Both the position numbers and the translations under genes were made by a program. A model generated the notes under the pieces. The model saw nothing but the letters and a program-made list of their open reading frames with translations, was not told where the DNA came from and searched no databases. Shown here one piece after another: positions 11,286 to 23,643 of a DNA stretch of 64,000 bases (within the stretch, counting starts at the first letter, position 1; each line of letters opens with the position of its first letter). This DNA is from Pseudogymnoascus verrucosus (Eukaryota), in NCBI GenBank assembly GCA_001662655.1, contig KV460253.1, one strand, 5' to 3'.

Positions 11286-14200
11286 TTACCCCTTCCCCAC
11301 CAACCTCCCCCAAACATCCCCCCAATGCGTCCTCGCCCCTCTCAACAGCGCCCACGCCAACAACCGATACACCACCGTCGCAATCGCCACCCCCAGTAAC
11401 TCCAACCTCTCATTCCCATCCAATCGAAACAGCGCCAGCACCGCCTCTCCATCCGGGACGGTGCATGTACCATCTGGCAGCGCCTGTGCAGCCGTGCATG
11501 TCAGGGTGATGGGACGGAGGGTGTAGGGGGCGAGGTTGCGGATGACGTAGCGGAGGGGGGAGAGGTAGTTGACGCCGCGGAGGAAGGCGGGCATGGAGAT
11601 GGAGAGGATGCCGGACATGATGAGGGAGATGGAGAGGATGATGGAGGTGAGGTTTAGGGCGAAGCCGGAGTGCGAGAAGAAGGTGTTGAACTGAGAGTCG
11701 TATGTTAGCTTGGTGTAGTTGAGAGAAGTTCAGGGGAGAAATAAAAAATACTAAGGGGACAGGAGTGAGAGTGTCGGAGGAGGATAGAAACAACAGAACA
11801 AAAAAAGTGGAGCAGAACTCACCACAATCCCCAAACTCTCCCCACAAGTAACAATACAAAAGCAATTAAAAACCACCACCCAAAACACCGTTGCCGTCCT
11901 CGGCAACCCCCCCGCCAAATCCGCCAACACCGCAAAAATGATACACGTCACGATCCCAAACGGGATCTCCACCGTCGTATACTGCGCCAGGAACGCCTCA
12001 ACGCTATACACGCCATCATCATGCTCGCGGTAGAAGACTGCTTTTTCTGCAGGGTATACAGCGACGTTCTGGAGCATACCAACGAAGTACAGCGCGCAGA
12101 ATTCTTGGATAAAACCGACCCGGTTCTGGACGCTGAAGTAGTCGAATTTGAGAGGCGCAAAGAAGAGAGTGAAGATTATGGCTACCCCGACCACTTGCAT
12201 GATCCGCGCGATGAGCAACTCGGGCTGACGACGTAGGTTAACAAGTGACCGCCTCACAAGGAGCGGGTACGCTGTACGAAACGGCGCAGGAGCTCTCATC
12301 AACGCGCCCAGCTCCGCAGGCGTGGCAATCGCCCCTGGTGCCGCCACAACAGCAGGTTTCTCCCTCCCCCACGCAGCAATCAAGCCCACCACACGATCCC
12401 GGCTCGCAGCCTCCCTATCCGCAGCCTGTAAATCGACTGTAATAAGATCTAGCGCAAAATCCGCCGGGTTCGTACGCGCAGGACACGGATGTCCCAGCGC
12501 CGAAAAATGTGGAAGCATGCCGCTTCCCGGACCGGCATAGCAGGGCGCACCGCCGCGCGCGAGGAGGAGCACGGTCCCGAAGTGGGCGTAGAGATCTGAG
12601 CGGGCTTGGTGGATGGTGAGGATGAGTGTGCGTCCTTCATTCGCGAGGCCACGGAGGACATCCATGATGGATGCAGCTGTGAAAGCGTCGAGTCCCGATG
12701 TGGGTTCGTCGAGGAGGAGGACGCGCGGGTCAGTGAGGATCTGGACAGCGATTGTGACGCGGCGCTTTTCGCCGCCGCTGATGCCCTTGATCAGGTCGGA
12801 GCCGACGATGTTGTCAGCGCAGTCTTTGAGGCCCATTTTGAGGAGGATGGCTTCGGCGCGGTCGTGTTTTTCGGCGGTGGTCATGTGGGAGGGGAGACGG
12901 AGGACGGCGGCGTAGCGGAGGGTTTCGCGGACGGTGAGGGAGGGGAGGAGGGCATCGTCGTCTTGGCATACGTAGGAGCACACGCTGCGGATGACGGCGT
13001 TGGAGGGCACGGCTGCGTTGAAGGTCATGGTTCCGCTGCGGAGGTAGGTCGTGCCCATCCTGTCGAAGAGCCGGAGCGCCATGGCGTTGAGGAGGGAGGT
13101 CTTCCCGCTACCTGATGGGCCCATGATGACATTTAGCACGCCGGCCTTGAATGTTGCATCTACGGGATTCAGGATCGTCTTCCTTGGAAGCTTATTCCCC
13201 AGTGCAGTCCGCTTATCGAGGTCGAGAGCGAAGCCGGATAATCCAATTTCAATAGCGCGTACCTCCTCTGCTGAACGCACGCTCATTTTCTCTTTGCCGG
13301 ACGAGAAATCTGCATCCGAGTTGCGAGCGCGACCGATCGCCATCTCGACTGGTATGTAGCGTAGCCCGAGGCCCGCTAGGATATAGAATAGGATAGCAAA
13401 GCCAAGGAGTGCCAGTATGGGCGTCGAGACCCAGTCATGCGGGAAGCCGAGCGAGTCCATCACATACGCTCCTGTATACTGTTTACACTCCGGATTTGCC
13501 TCGCCGCCTTCGAGCGGGCAATCGTAAAAGTGCCCGACGAACTCGTTGGCACAGAGAGCACCAAAAGCGTAGAAGACGTAGCTTGCCCATTTTAGCCAGC
13601 GCACATAAACCGGGATGGTGTTACTCTGGATGAAAAACCCACAAGCAAGACTCTGGATAGTGTAGTTCAGGTTCCCGATCAGCGATGCGCCAGCAAAGCT
13701 ACGATCCGCGGAAATGCAGGCGGAGGCGAATGCGATGGCGATATAGTGGTTAAGTAGGACAATCGAGAAGAAAATGAAGAACTGTGCTGCCTCAGCGCGA
13801 AAGCCCGCCATAAAGTAGAAGATCACACTGAAGATAAATGGAACAGGAAGGTCCTCGATGAGGAAGCGCGCGAGACGCCGGCTCAGGAGGAATGGGATGA
13901 CGTCGACGACGCCCTCGCCGCGCTCGCGGTCGAAGAGCTCGATATCGATTGAGAGCCGGTATGTCTCGTACATGAGGATTAGGTAGCCTTGTAGTCCGGC
14001 TGCGGTATAGAGCGCGCCCTCGCGGGAGCGGATCCCTGGTTGGTCCTCGCCGAGGGAAAGGAAGATCCAGCCAGTGATGATACCCATGAGAACGGCTTCG
14101 ATGATGCAGCTCGCCATTCCCATCGGGTCGCGTAGGGTGACCTTCGTCGTGCGCGCAGTGAGAACGAATAATTGCCTGTAGAAAGCCGAGCGCCGACTAT

Positions 14201-15407
14201 CGCTGTTCCCTGGAGCAATAACAGCACCGCCAGAGCTATGTTCATCTCCCCATTTCCGTAGCGACTCCTGGTTCCAACCTTCCTTCAAATGACGCACCTT
14301 CTCCAACGACGCTTCCTCCAGCTCCGGAGACCGGTTATCAACAGCCGCAAGGTCAATGAGGAACTCGGCCGGATTGACAAATGGCGGTAGAGAGTATCCC
14401 TTCTCCTTAAAATACGGCAACGATCCATCTGCCGGCCCACTATACACCGGCGAGCCCTTCGTAAGGATAGCCAGATTATCAAACACCCCATAAATCTCTG
14501 ACCGCGGCTGATGAATCGTCATCACAATGGTACGCCCCTTAGCCGCCAGACCTCTTAGCGTGCGCACAAGCTGATAAGCGCTCGTCGCATCCAGCCCTGT
14601 CGTCGGCTCGTCCAGAAACATCACACTTGGGTTGCTTAGCAGCTGCACTCCAATGCTCGTGCGGCGCTTCTCCCCACCCGAGCAGCCCTTATGCACATGT
14701 GTCCCAATGCGCGTATCTGCGCACTCCTTCAGTCCCAGCTCAAGAATAACCTCCTCCACCACTCTCCGCCGTTCCTCTGCTGTCGTAGGTGGCGGTAGCC
14801 GTAGGTCAGCACTATACTGCAGTGTCTCTCGCACCGTGAGCGTTGGCAGCAGCACATCCTGCTGCATCACATACGCGCTCCTAACACCTCCCAGTAGTCC
14901 ACCATTAAACGTCGCCGAGCCGCGCGCGCGCAGCCTCCCCCCTCCGTCCCCCATCCGCCCCGACATCAGATTCAACATCGTCGTCTTCCCGCTCCCACTC
15001 CCCCCAATAATCGCCGTCAGCGTCCCCCGCTCCATATCCGCGCTGACATTGTCAAGGAGCGGGCGCCAGCGCGACTCCGCCGGGGCCTTGGGCCGGAAGA
15101 GGTTCGTGAGTCCATCGGCGCTGTGGAGGTTGCGCGGGTTGGTGTCGACGCTTACCCCGAGGGCGCGGACGCGGATATCGACAGGGACGACGGAGGAGAG
15201 CGAGAGCTGCGCGCTGTGGGAGGATTGGATGGGTTGGAGGGCGTTGGTGGGGAGGCTGGCGGGGTCGAGGCGCGAGGCTTCGTGGGAGGTGCTGCGGGAG
15301 GGGGACTCGAGGTTGGAGTCGAGGTCTTTCTCTTTTTCGGGGAGGAAGGCGGGGGGAGGGGTCGAGGTGTCGCCATGAGGCGGGGTGGGAGGGGAGTCTT
15401 TCTCCAT
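11286..15407 (-). CDS. Full-size ABCG-family transporter (NBD-TMD-NBD-TMD, YOL075c-like)
   Basis: Two Walker A motifs (GGSGSGKT, GPSGSGKT), two signatures (SGGEKRR) and two Walker B motifs (LDEPT). One intron 11822-11691 restores the frame to the stop at 11286. Confidence 0.95.
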
Positions 15408-16861
15408 TGTGGTGACGGGTAGGGCGGTGGCTCAATCCATAGCCGCGGAGGGTGATCGTAGACAGATATGCGTAATAGGAAGCGCAACGAGCCGTTCGAG
15501 GGCAGATACTCGCGATATCAACCGCAGCCTCGACTTCAGCTTCAGATAGACCAGTGACAACGACCAGCGTAGTAGCAATGGCCTGACACTTATATTTTGC
15601 AATGAAAGGAAAGAAAAATGAAGACAGACAACAAAACGAAATACGAGCTTCCACCCGCCTCTGAGCTATAATTTACCTCTAGCTCGAGGAGATCCCCTCA
15701 GCCGTCATCGACCCCATGCTCCACCGGCGCGATCGCTCCATGTCAATTTCGCACGATGCGACTACTGGCACGCTATAAACCTTGACATGCCACATGCACC
15801 CAGGCTAAACTATCGCCAGCTAAAGTAGAGCCAATACTCTAGCCGACATAGCGGAAGTCTAGACGGCGCCAGCTACAGTAGTGTGAGTACCCGTGGGATT
15901 TGCAAAGGTACTCGAATAACCCCCATTGCTGCTACCACAGGACAAGAGAGCGTCATTGCAGATAGCAAGGCGTGCAATAGGAAGGTCTATATCTGCGTCA
16001 ATTCTGCACTTGCCGATAATTATCAGTTGGGGGTTCAATAAGGCAAGGATACCGTATAGTAGAGTTAGAGTAACAGTACAGGCCCAAAAGTTCCTCTACC
16101 CCCCATCCACAATCCCTTCAGCATCTCCGCTTCCCCCACCTCGCTTAGAGCAAATAACCCCCATAGCTCCTTCTTCAATTGCCAATCCCACTAATACCCC
16201 CCGCCCATCGGTCCTTCCTTCCACTCACAGCAGCCAATATACGAGATTAGCACCTCGTTCCCTACCCACAGCACCCCTACTGCAGCATCACCCCGGGAAG
16301 CGATAATCCCGCTGCACCTCGCTTAGATTTAGATGACCACCAGCTTCGTACTCGGGAGGGTGATGTTATATGATGTGATGTTATGGGATGGGCGTCATGG
16401 GATGGACATGATGGGACGAGATGGATAGATGTGACGAGGCGCTCGGAACCGATGATTTCCGCTCGGTTGGGTGGAAGAGGGGAAGGAAGGGAAGGAAGAT
16501 GCATATGCATATGCAGTCTGCAAGCACACACCAACATCTCACGATCTGCGACGGAGGAGGAGGCTCGGTAAGACAACAATGTTGTCTGTTCGGCGATGTA
16601 TATAGTAGGGAGTACTCGACACGGACAGGAGAGAAGACGCAGGGACGACTCTGTGGAAGATTAGAAGATCTAGTCTAGACGGGCTCTGGGCCCGTTCCTG
16701 CCCCGCTGTCAACGGGCCTGTCTAGACCTGGTCTGCTTGGCAGCAACTGATTTTTTGACGTCGCGTCGCCGTTGCTGGGCGCTGCGCCGCAGAGATGGAT
16801 GTCTTCTCCCCTTTCCTCCCTCCGATTTGTTCTCCCAAATACCCATCGTGACGTCGTCAAA

Positions 16862-17554
16862 ATGCGTACAACTACCCTCCTCGCCGTGGCCCTCACAGCC
16901 TCCATCGCCACCGCAACCCTCCCAGCATCCATCACCCACGCCCCCCGAGCCCAACCCACCATCTCCGAAGACCCCTGGCAGTGCGTCACCGAGAACCTAA
17001 CCCAATACCTCGACGTTCCCAAGCCCACCGGTCTCCTCTTCAGCGCGCTCCAGTCCTACGCCTCCGATCTCTACGAGCCATGTCTCGCCGCCATGTCCAC
17101 CGCCACCTACCTCGACTACTGCTTCCCTCCACAGTCAGAATGGTGCGCCTTCACCACCGCAGCGCCAAAGGACGTTCTTCCAGCCTACTCCTCATACGCG
17201 AGCCAGGCGTACTCGTGGTGGTCGGCGCGGAGCTCTACGATCGCGTTCCTGAAGCAGGATTGCCCTAATAACTGGGATCTGAGCTTGTGGCGTGTTCCAG
17301 GCGGCGAGGAGTGGCTGAATGATACTATCGCCTTCGCTGGATGCTATGCTGAGGCGCTTACGGCTACTGGACCAGCGCCGACGGGATTGACTACGGGGGG
17401 GGCAGCAACGACGGAGACGACGGCTACGAGTCGCGAGGGGGCGGCTGTGGGAAGCGCGACTCCGACGGCGACAGACGTGCCGAATGGTGCTGGGTGGGTG
17501 GGCGTAGACATGTGGATGGTTGCAATGGCTGGGTTCGCTGCTGTTGTGGTTTAG
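16862..17554 (+). CDS. Small secreted Cys-containing, probably GPI-anchored protein
   Basis: Signal peptide MRTTTLLAVALTASIATA, Cys/Trp-rich domain, Thr/Ala linker and hydrophobic C-terminus after NGA. Confidence 0.75.
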   Translation: MRTTTLLAVALTASIATATLPASITHAPRAQPTISEDPWQCVTENLTQYLDVPKPTGLLFSALQSYASDLYEPCLAAMSTATYLDYCFPPQSEWCAFTTAAPKDVLPAYSSYASQAYSWWSARSSTIAFLKQDCPNNWDLSLWRVPGGEEWLNDTIAFAGCYAEALTATGPAPTGLTTGGAATTETTATSREGAAVGSATPTATDVPNGAGWVGVDMWMVAMAGFAAVVV

Positions 17555-18499
17555 AGAGGGGCGTTGTTGGCGAAAAAGGATGTGATGCGCAAGTCCTAGA
17601 CGAGCTCCTGACGCCGCCTCCGGGCCTCAGTCCCTCCAAGAGGTCGGTCGACCGATTATTATATTGTAACTGTGCTTGGCCATGTACCCCTGTTCTATAT
17701 ATCTATATCTATATAGAGCAGGGCTACATGTCTAATCTCAGTTATAATATAATAATCTGTGGACCGCACTCTCGTACACCGACTCCATCATCCCCACCAC
17801 TAACCGGATCGAAGTCCGCGACCTCCTCGCTTTATTATCCCCAGGACTTCCCCCCAGATATCATCAATAGCCTAATATTCTCCCGCCCTATCGCCCTCAT
17901 ACTCTACCATCCAGACCTGGCTGTCATTTGTAAGGGCGGCGTGGGCAAGGTATTTCTCGCGAGTGAAGAGACCCTCGCCCACGCCGCCCTCACGAACGAC
18001 ATCTTCCGCCCTCTGCGCGCCTCGGTGTCCTTCGTTTGTAGGTCGCTTCTTCTGCAGGACTGATGAGCCTCCGCCGCCTCTAATAGCCCATGGTATCAAA
18101 CACGCAACTACCGCTAATGCCGTGGCCGTACCCGTACCTGTCGCAGGTGTAACTACTGTACTATGTTTATAGATGCCAATATACTAGTTTTTAAGATGAA
18201 GTTAGTAATAGATTATATGGTAAGACTCATATAAAAGCTATTTATAATAATGTATATACAGATGAATATCCCTTAGTTATAAGAGACGCTACCCTAATAT
18301 TACTACTAGACAAATCTAAGTTTCTATAAGTAGCTACATGTCTATTTTCTCTTTAGCTACATTTTCTCCTTCTCTGCGAGTGTAGCGCATCACGTCTATA
18401 GAATCATGAGGTATAAACCCTTTTCATACCCTTCTTAAAAGCCTGTCAGCTCATACGTACTTATTTCAATACCCATTCATTCATTTATTCAGAAACCAC

Positions 18500-19400
18500 T
18501 CACTCAGGCACCCGTCCAACTCGTAGCAACAGCGTCACGACCGCAGCAACAGACGGAATCGTTGCGACCAGCGCGAAGATCTGCCCTTATCCCCACTGGT
18601 TGCGGGACGCAGCGAGGTTCAACGCAACCGTCTTCTCAGTGTCGAGGATCAAGATGCACGCTAGAAACAGAGAAATGATGGCTCGTTGGTAGCGCGGGAC
18701 ACGAATGGCGAGGAGAGCGTCGTGGTAGACTCTTGATGCCCAAGAAGATGTCTCCGCGCTCGTCGGCGCCTTGATCCCCGCCCGCGCTGTCGTCTCGTCG
18801 TCATACTACATAAAAAAACAGTTGATGGCGGGGATCGCCCGGGGGTTTCTAGCTCGGATCCGCTGCGTGTCTGCCACGCGATAGTTTTGAATGCTCTCCT
18901 GTGTTGTGTCGATGTATGCGGTCCATGCCTGTTTCCGCCTCGTAGATATCAACGCAGGCACCGAGCCCCAGGCGTGCGCGGGCCCATAGAACCATACGTG
19001 TGTTCTGAGAGCGAAGTATCCCGCGACGAGCACAAGGGCGAGAATCCAAGACCGGTTGAGAGACCTGGTGATGTGTCCGCGGAAGCCGAGAAAGCTGGTT
19101 CGTGTGCATAGGTTACACTGGGATTCACTCCCTAGACACGGCATCTGGAAGACGATCCAGAGCCAGATGCCGAAATACATTATGAGTCTAAGCTGCTGCG
19201 CGAGAAAGATGCCGGGCGAGCGGACGCGCCAGGACTCGAGCACGTGCGTGGGGAGCATGGTGATGTTGAGGAGGGAGATGGCGAGGGTGGCGTGGTAGAG
19301 AGACAGCTGCGTTTGGGAGGAGAAGATCGTGGCGAGGGATGTGAGAATAAGACTTCCGTAGGTTGCGGTGGTGCGGTCTGCACTCGAGACGAACCCTAAG
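18500..19400 (-). pseudogene. Degraded multi-pass fungal membrane protein gene (family with LYHA... and C-terminal WGxGQI motifs)
   Basis: Hydrophobic segments LPLYHATLAISLLNIT, WILALVLVAGYFAL and AIISLFLACILIL, then QWG*GQIFALVAT with an in-frame TAA at 18587-18589. Further breaks near 18806. Boundaries approximate. Confidence 0.5.
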
Positions 19401-20150
19401 TATAAAACATTACATATCGTTTGCGTATAAGTAGCAACACGTACCTAGTTTCCTCTGTCAGTCTCTGGCATGGGAGGTGCGGAATGACTTACACCGATGC
19501 CTGCAATGTCTGGATCGGCTTGAACGACACAGGGGTCCTGACATTGGATGATGTTCGAACAGACCTTGCTGTCAATTTGCGACCACTTTGGTATGATTCC
19601 TAGGCAGATGACCGGAATTATCAGAACCAGCGCAAGAGATCACTTCGTTGCGGTCTGTATACGCCGCAACCAGTAGCCTGGCCTACCCTCTGCATCTACC
19701 AGTGATCTGTGTTGCTAGTAAGTTTATGCCATCATATTTGCAGCATTTTTGAATGGCCACATACGGTCTGTTGAGCCATACTGGGATCCAGAATGGCGGT
19801 TACACTTGGGAGGTGGGATACATATCGGGGTTGCTCAGCTATGCCTCAAATGTTGCTGGCGGTGAGAGATTTCGATGGTCAGCCATCACAAAAGAATCCT
19901 ACCTACAAGTCACATAAATAAATAGAGTCAGGATTCGACAAGCTAGCGGGTGTACTATTAGCAAATTGGGGACAGAAGGCGTCGAAGCTGAGAATCTTTT
20001 TGTTGTAAACCGGCGCTAAAGTTAAATTCACTGTCAGAGCACAGGTCCGTAGACCCGACGCCTTAGAACTAGGTAAGCCACTCCTCGTTTCGAGGAGCTT
20101 TTATGGCTACCCGTAGGCCTCCCAAGTGGCAGTACAGATAAAAGAACAGA

Positions 20151-20532
20151 AGGCAGCCAACCATTTCCCGTTTCCACGAAGCCGGTATCGTGATCCTAGA
20201 CACAAGATGCGGCCTTTCAAGAGGCCTGAGGCAGATTTCAGAATCGACCAACTGTTTCGCGTTTTTAAGCGCTGTGCAGTTCCAAGTCCAGGCTACACCA
20301 CACTAAAAATGTTAATCCACACATGTGCGCGCGTATAGCTATTTATATACCCAACAGCGCTCTTAGGCCGCTTCGGTCATCGAAAATGGAAATGGACGTG
20401 CCTAGTGGCAGTGTAGGTAAAAGCAGGAATGGTTCTGGAGGGGGAACATGGAAGCGGAAGGCTGACAACGGGGGGCGGTTTTGGTGGTGTTCTTGTGGAA
20501 GAGATCATGGGAGAGAATTGGGCATCTCTGCC
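20151..20532 (+). repeat. Dispersed ~400-bp repeat, left copy (direct repeat of 26001-26400)
   Basis: Shared blocks: GATGCGGCC, AATCGACCAAC-GTTTCGCGTTT, CGCTCTTAGGCCGCTT, TAGGTAAAAGCAG, GGAAGCGGA-GGCTGACAACGGG and GAGAATTGGGCATC. Confidence 0.9.
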
Positions 20533-20649
20533 AGAGATGGTCGCTAAATGCAACGACTTTGAGATTTCTGTTGATGGGAACTTGATAACCAATTGCTGTA
20601 TCGCGTGAACAGTTCCGAGGCTAATGCTGCTTTTATCTAACATCACCAC

Positions 20650-21195
20650 CATACGGAACAGCTAAACGTATATAGCTATTGCAAAACAGGAAGATGTACA
20701 AGCTAGTGCTTTATAAGGCAGACAAATACTGTAGTAAGTATTGTAATTATTGTATAAAGTTCTCTGTTTTCTAATATTAGAAGTCAGCTTTCTAAATCCT
20801 AGAAATAGTAAATTGGCTGTCTAGAGGTTGATTGACTCCTTGCCTAAAACCTCCCGACCTTAGTTCATTAACCACTTACCTCTAACACCTCTTTATTCTA
20901 AGATTTAATTTATTCTATTTTTTCTAAAACAGCCTAAGTTATCATGTTTACATTTTAGACATAGTTGCAAAACACTTAGGAGTATAGCTTAATAATTCTA
21001 TAGATGACACTTTATTATAGAACTAACTTCTAGCTAGTGAATAGAGGCTTAAGAGTTAAACTTACTATAAACAGCTTGCATAGCCTTTAATTAAATCCTA
21101 TTATTACTTAGAGAAACGCTAGCGTAAGTAAGTAGATCCGTTTATAATAAGTAGCAAGTTTAACTTCAACAGGTACTATATTAACGTTAGCCTAG
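20650..21195. mobile_element. AT-rich, RIP-like degraded transposon relic (family not identifiable)
   Basis: Abrupt AT enrichment, many TAG/TAA/CTA triplets, no ORFs, and directly adjacent to a solo LTR. Confidence 0.5.
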
Positions 21196-21454
21196 TGTAA
21201 AGCCGTAGGCCTAGGGTCACGCGGGAGTTCAGGGAACCAGATCAGGAGGCAGTAAGGTGAGAGTATATAGCGTAACAATAGGTCTACCTGAATACAGCGA
21301 CTATTGACTGGAGTCCTCCACTGAGGCTCCAGCCCCTGATATATCTTCCTATACCGTGAACCCTAACAACCGGGCTATACCCGAATGACAGCTCTACCGT
21401 AGGGCTGCCTTCAGCGTGGCACCTCACGTGCCATCACGTGAGGACCGCCTTACA
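21196..21454. mobile_element. Solo LTR (259 bp) of an LTR retrotransposon
   Basis: Termini TGTAAAGC...GCCTTACA form an inverted repeat (7/8 match, TG...CA). Perfect 5-bp target-site duplication CCTAG at 21191-21195 and 21455-21459. Confidence 0.9.
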
Positions 21455-22343
21455 CCTAGATGGGGAGGAATGTCTTGTAAGGGAGTCTCATTGTCTAACT
21501 ATAGGGCGCCTAAAGAATTTCCTAGCCTAGTATGCTAAAACTAACAAGGGAACATTAAGCAGCACACCTTTACAGAAGCACTTTAACCAACAAGGTATAT
21601 AAGTATGGGGAATTATACGGCGCAGATGTTGCTTTAATCATCTATTAGAAGGGGCGTTATTACACTTACGTATCTCCTTGTAACCTATGTTTTCCACCAT
21701 CTAAGAAAGAAATCGTAGGTTTACCCCTGATTTTAAAGGTATTTACTAAATAGTAGCAAGATGAATTCGTTTCTAATCCCTATAAATATGTTTCCACATC
21801 ATTCCGATGTGAAACGTAACCCGGAAGGTCCAGAACAGGCAGGGAGTAAAGAGTAGGAAAAAATTAGGTGTGGATATAGCAACTTCTACAGTGCTAAGAG
21901 GGCGGGATGCAACCCCGGCTCAACTAAGTCTGTTCGGCCTGGCCCTAGAACTCGCCCGGCCCTTCACAAGTTGAGGGGGGCATGGTCCACTAATCCATCC
22001 AAATTAGTGCTAGATGTCCTAACCATCTCTCACCTAATGATATCGATGATTCCTGCCGAATTTATTGTCGAGAAGGTTTTTTTACTGCAACAATCACTTG
22101 GAATATTATGGCTCTTTTATACTTAATGTCACTCGCTAGCTATATTAATACCGTTGCTATTTTTACTTCGTTGTTTCCACGTGACTCTTCAAGCGATCAG
22201 GCACTTGATTGACCAAATATAGAATTCTCAGCTAGGTCATGTTGGCGAGCATTCTATAAGATGGGGCGGGGTAAGCTCAGGTGAATCTCAGCTCTACACT
22301 AAGTCACAACAACAAACGAGTAACTTATTCATCAAAGATAGCG

Positions 22344-22664
22344 ATGTATTGTCATGATTGTGATCGATTATTTGGCAGTCATCTAGCTCTCCAGCAACAC
22401 TTAATTTCTCCAGCTCATGATTTTGAATGCGACGAGTGCGATAAGTCCTTGAGGACCCGACGATCTCTCGACCAGCATCTCGACTCACCAGCTCACAACT
22501 TCGAATGCGACGAGTGCGATCGGACATTTAGAAGCCAACATAGTCTTGACCAGCACCTTGACTCCCCGGCTCACGATTTCGAATGCGACGAGTGCGGCCG
22601 GACCTTCAGGGCGGAACGGTCTCTCGTCCAGCATCGTCCAGCATCGTCAGTACTTTGCCCATAA
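22344..22664 (+). pseudogene. Truncated tandem C2H2 zinc-finger gene (three complete 25-aa fingers plus one broken)
   Basis: Repeats FECDECD(R/K)xFRxxxSLDQHLDSPAH. The fourth finger is cut at a duplicated CGTCCAGCAT and lacks its last His. Confidence 0.7.
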
Positions 22665-23643
22665 TCGAAGGTTGGGGCCGGCGCGAGAGATAATGTGAGT
22701 TGGGGCAACTTCACCAACTCCACCAAAAGCGAGGAGAAAGTGAGCCGCGTGCGTGGCTGCCGGCGCCATTTAAAGTACTTATTAAAATCCCCTGCCTTTT
22801 CTGATGTGTTTCGACCTGGGCGATAGCTCCATGGCTACAAGCCTAGCTTAACTTAGTGCCTCTATTGCCTCAATGCGCCATCACAACACGTGACCCGAGT
22901 TCGAAGGTCGATGGTCTCTTCGATTCAGGGTCTGTCAGGGTAAAAAAGGGATTCGCTGCAGGCAGTGTACGAAGTACGACGAATGTCTCAAAAGCCAACG
23001 CATTAACCAGTAAGGCGATGACACTAGCTCAGCATTTTGCATACACCAGAGACAAAGACTCGTAAATACGGTCCGAGCAGGCACATTTAGCTGATAGCCA
23101 CGTCCAGCCACGCCCAGACACGCCCAGCCATGACAGCCCAAAAAGCTTGAAAATCAAATCAAATGAAAAAGGTACCAATGCGGCTACCCTCAGACGAATA
23201 GGTGCCACTGTGGCTGAGCTAGCCACTTTAGCAGCCTATAGCTAGTCGCGTCGGGTAAATCAATAAACTAATATTTTAAAACTAACGATTGTTTTCCTCC
23301 GTTTGATCCCCCGTCCCATCAACTTCAGCTGTTGGACTTGCTGCTTGATATGGTGCTACACTAGTACTTTGCATACGATCGAATTTTAACTAATCCACTT
23401 TGAAGTAGCATTTTATTGCCACGCAATTCACCATGATCACCAACAATGTGCTATGTAGTGCAGTAGCGCGGATAACAACTCTTGATTGAAATGCTACTTC
23501 ATGTACTGTAAACTCTTTCATTCTCTCTTTCTCTCTCTCTCTCTTTCTCCTCTTACACTTCCCTTCCCTTACACCGAGTACTAGTACTCCCTGTTGCTTT
23601 TCATCTACTTGCATGCTCACTCGCTTGCTTACATTCGTTTAAT

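Noticed and set aside
12021..15654. Multiple ORFs overlapping the ABC transporter
   Set aside because: Antisense or alternate-frame shadows of a GC-rich CDS with no motifs.
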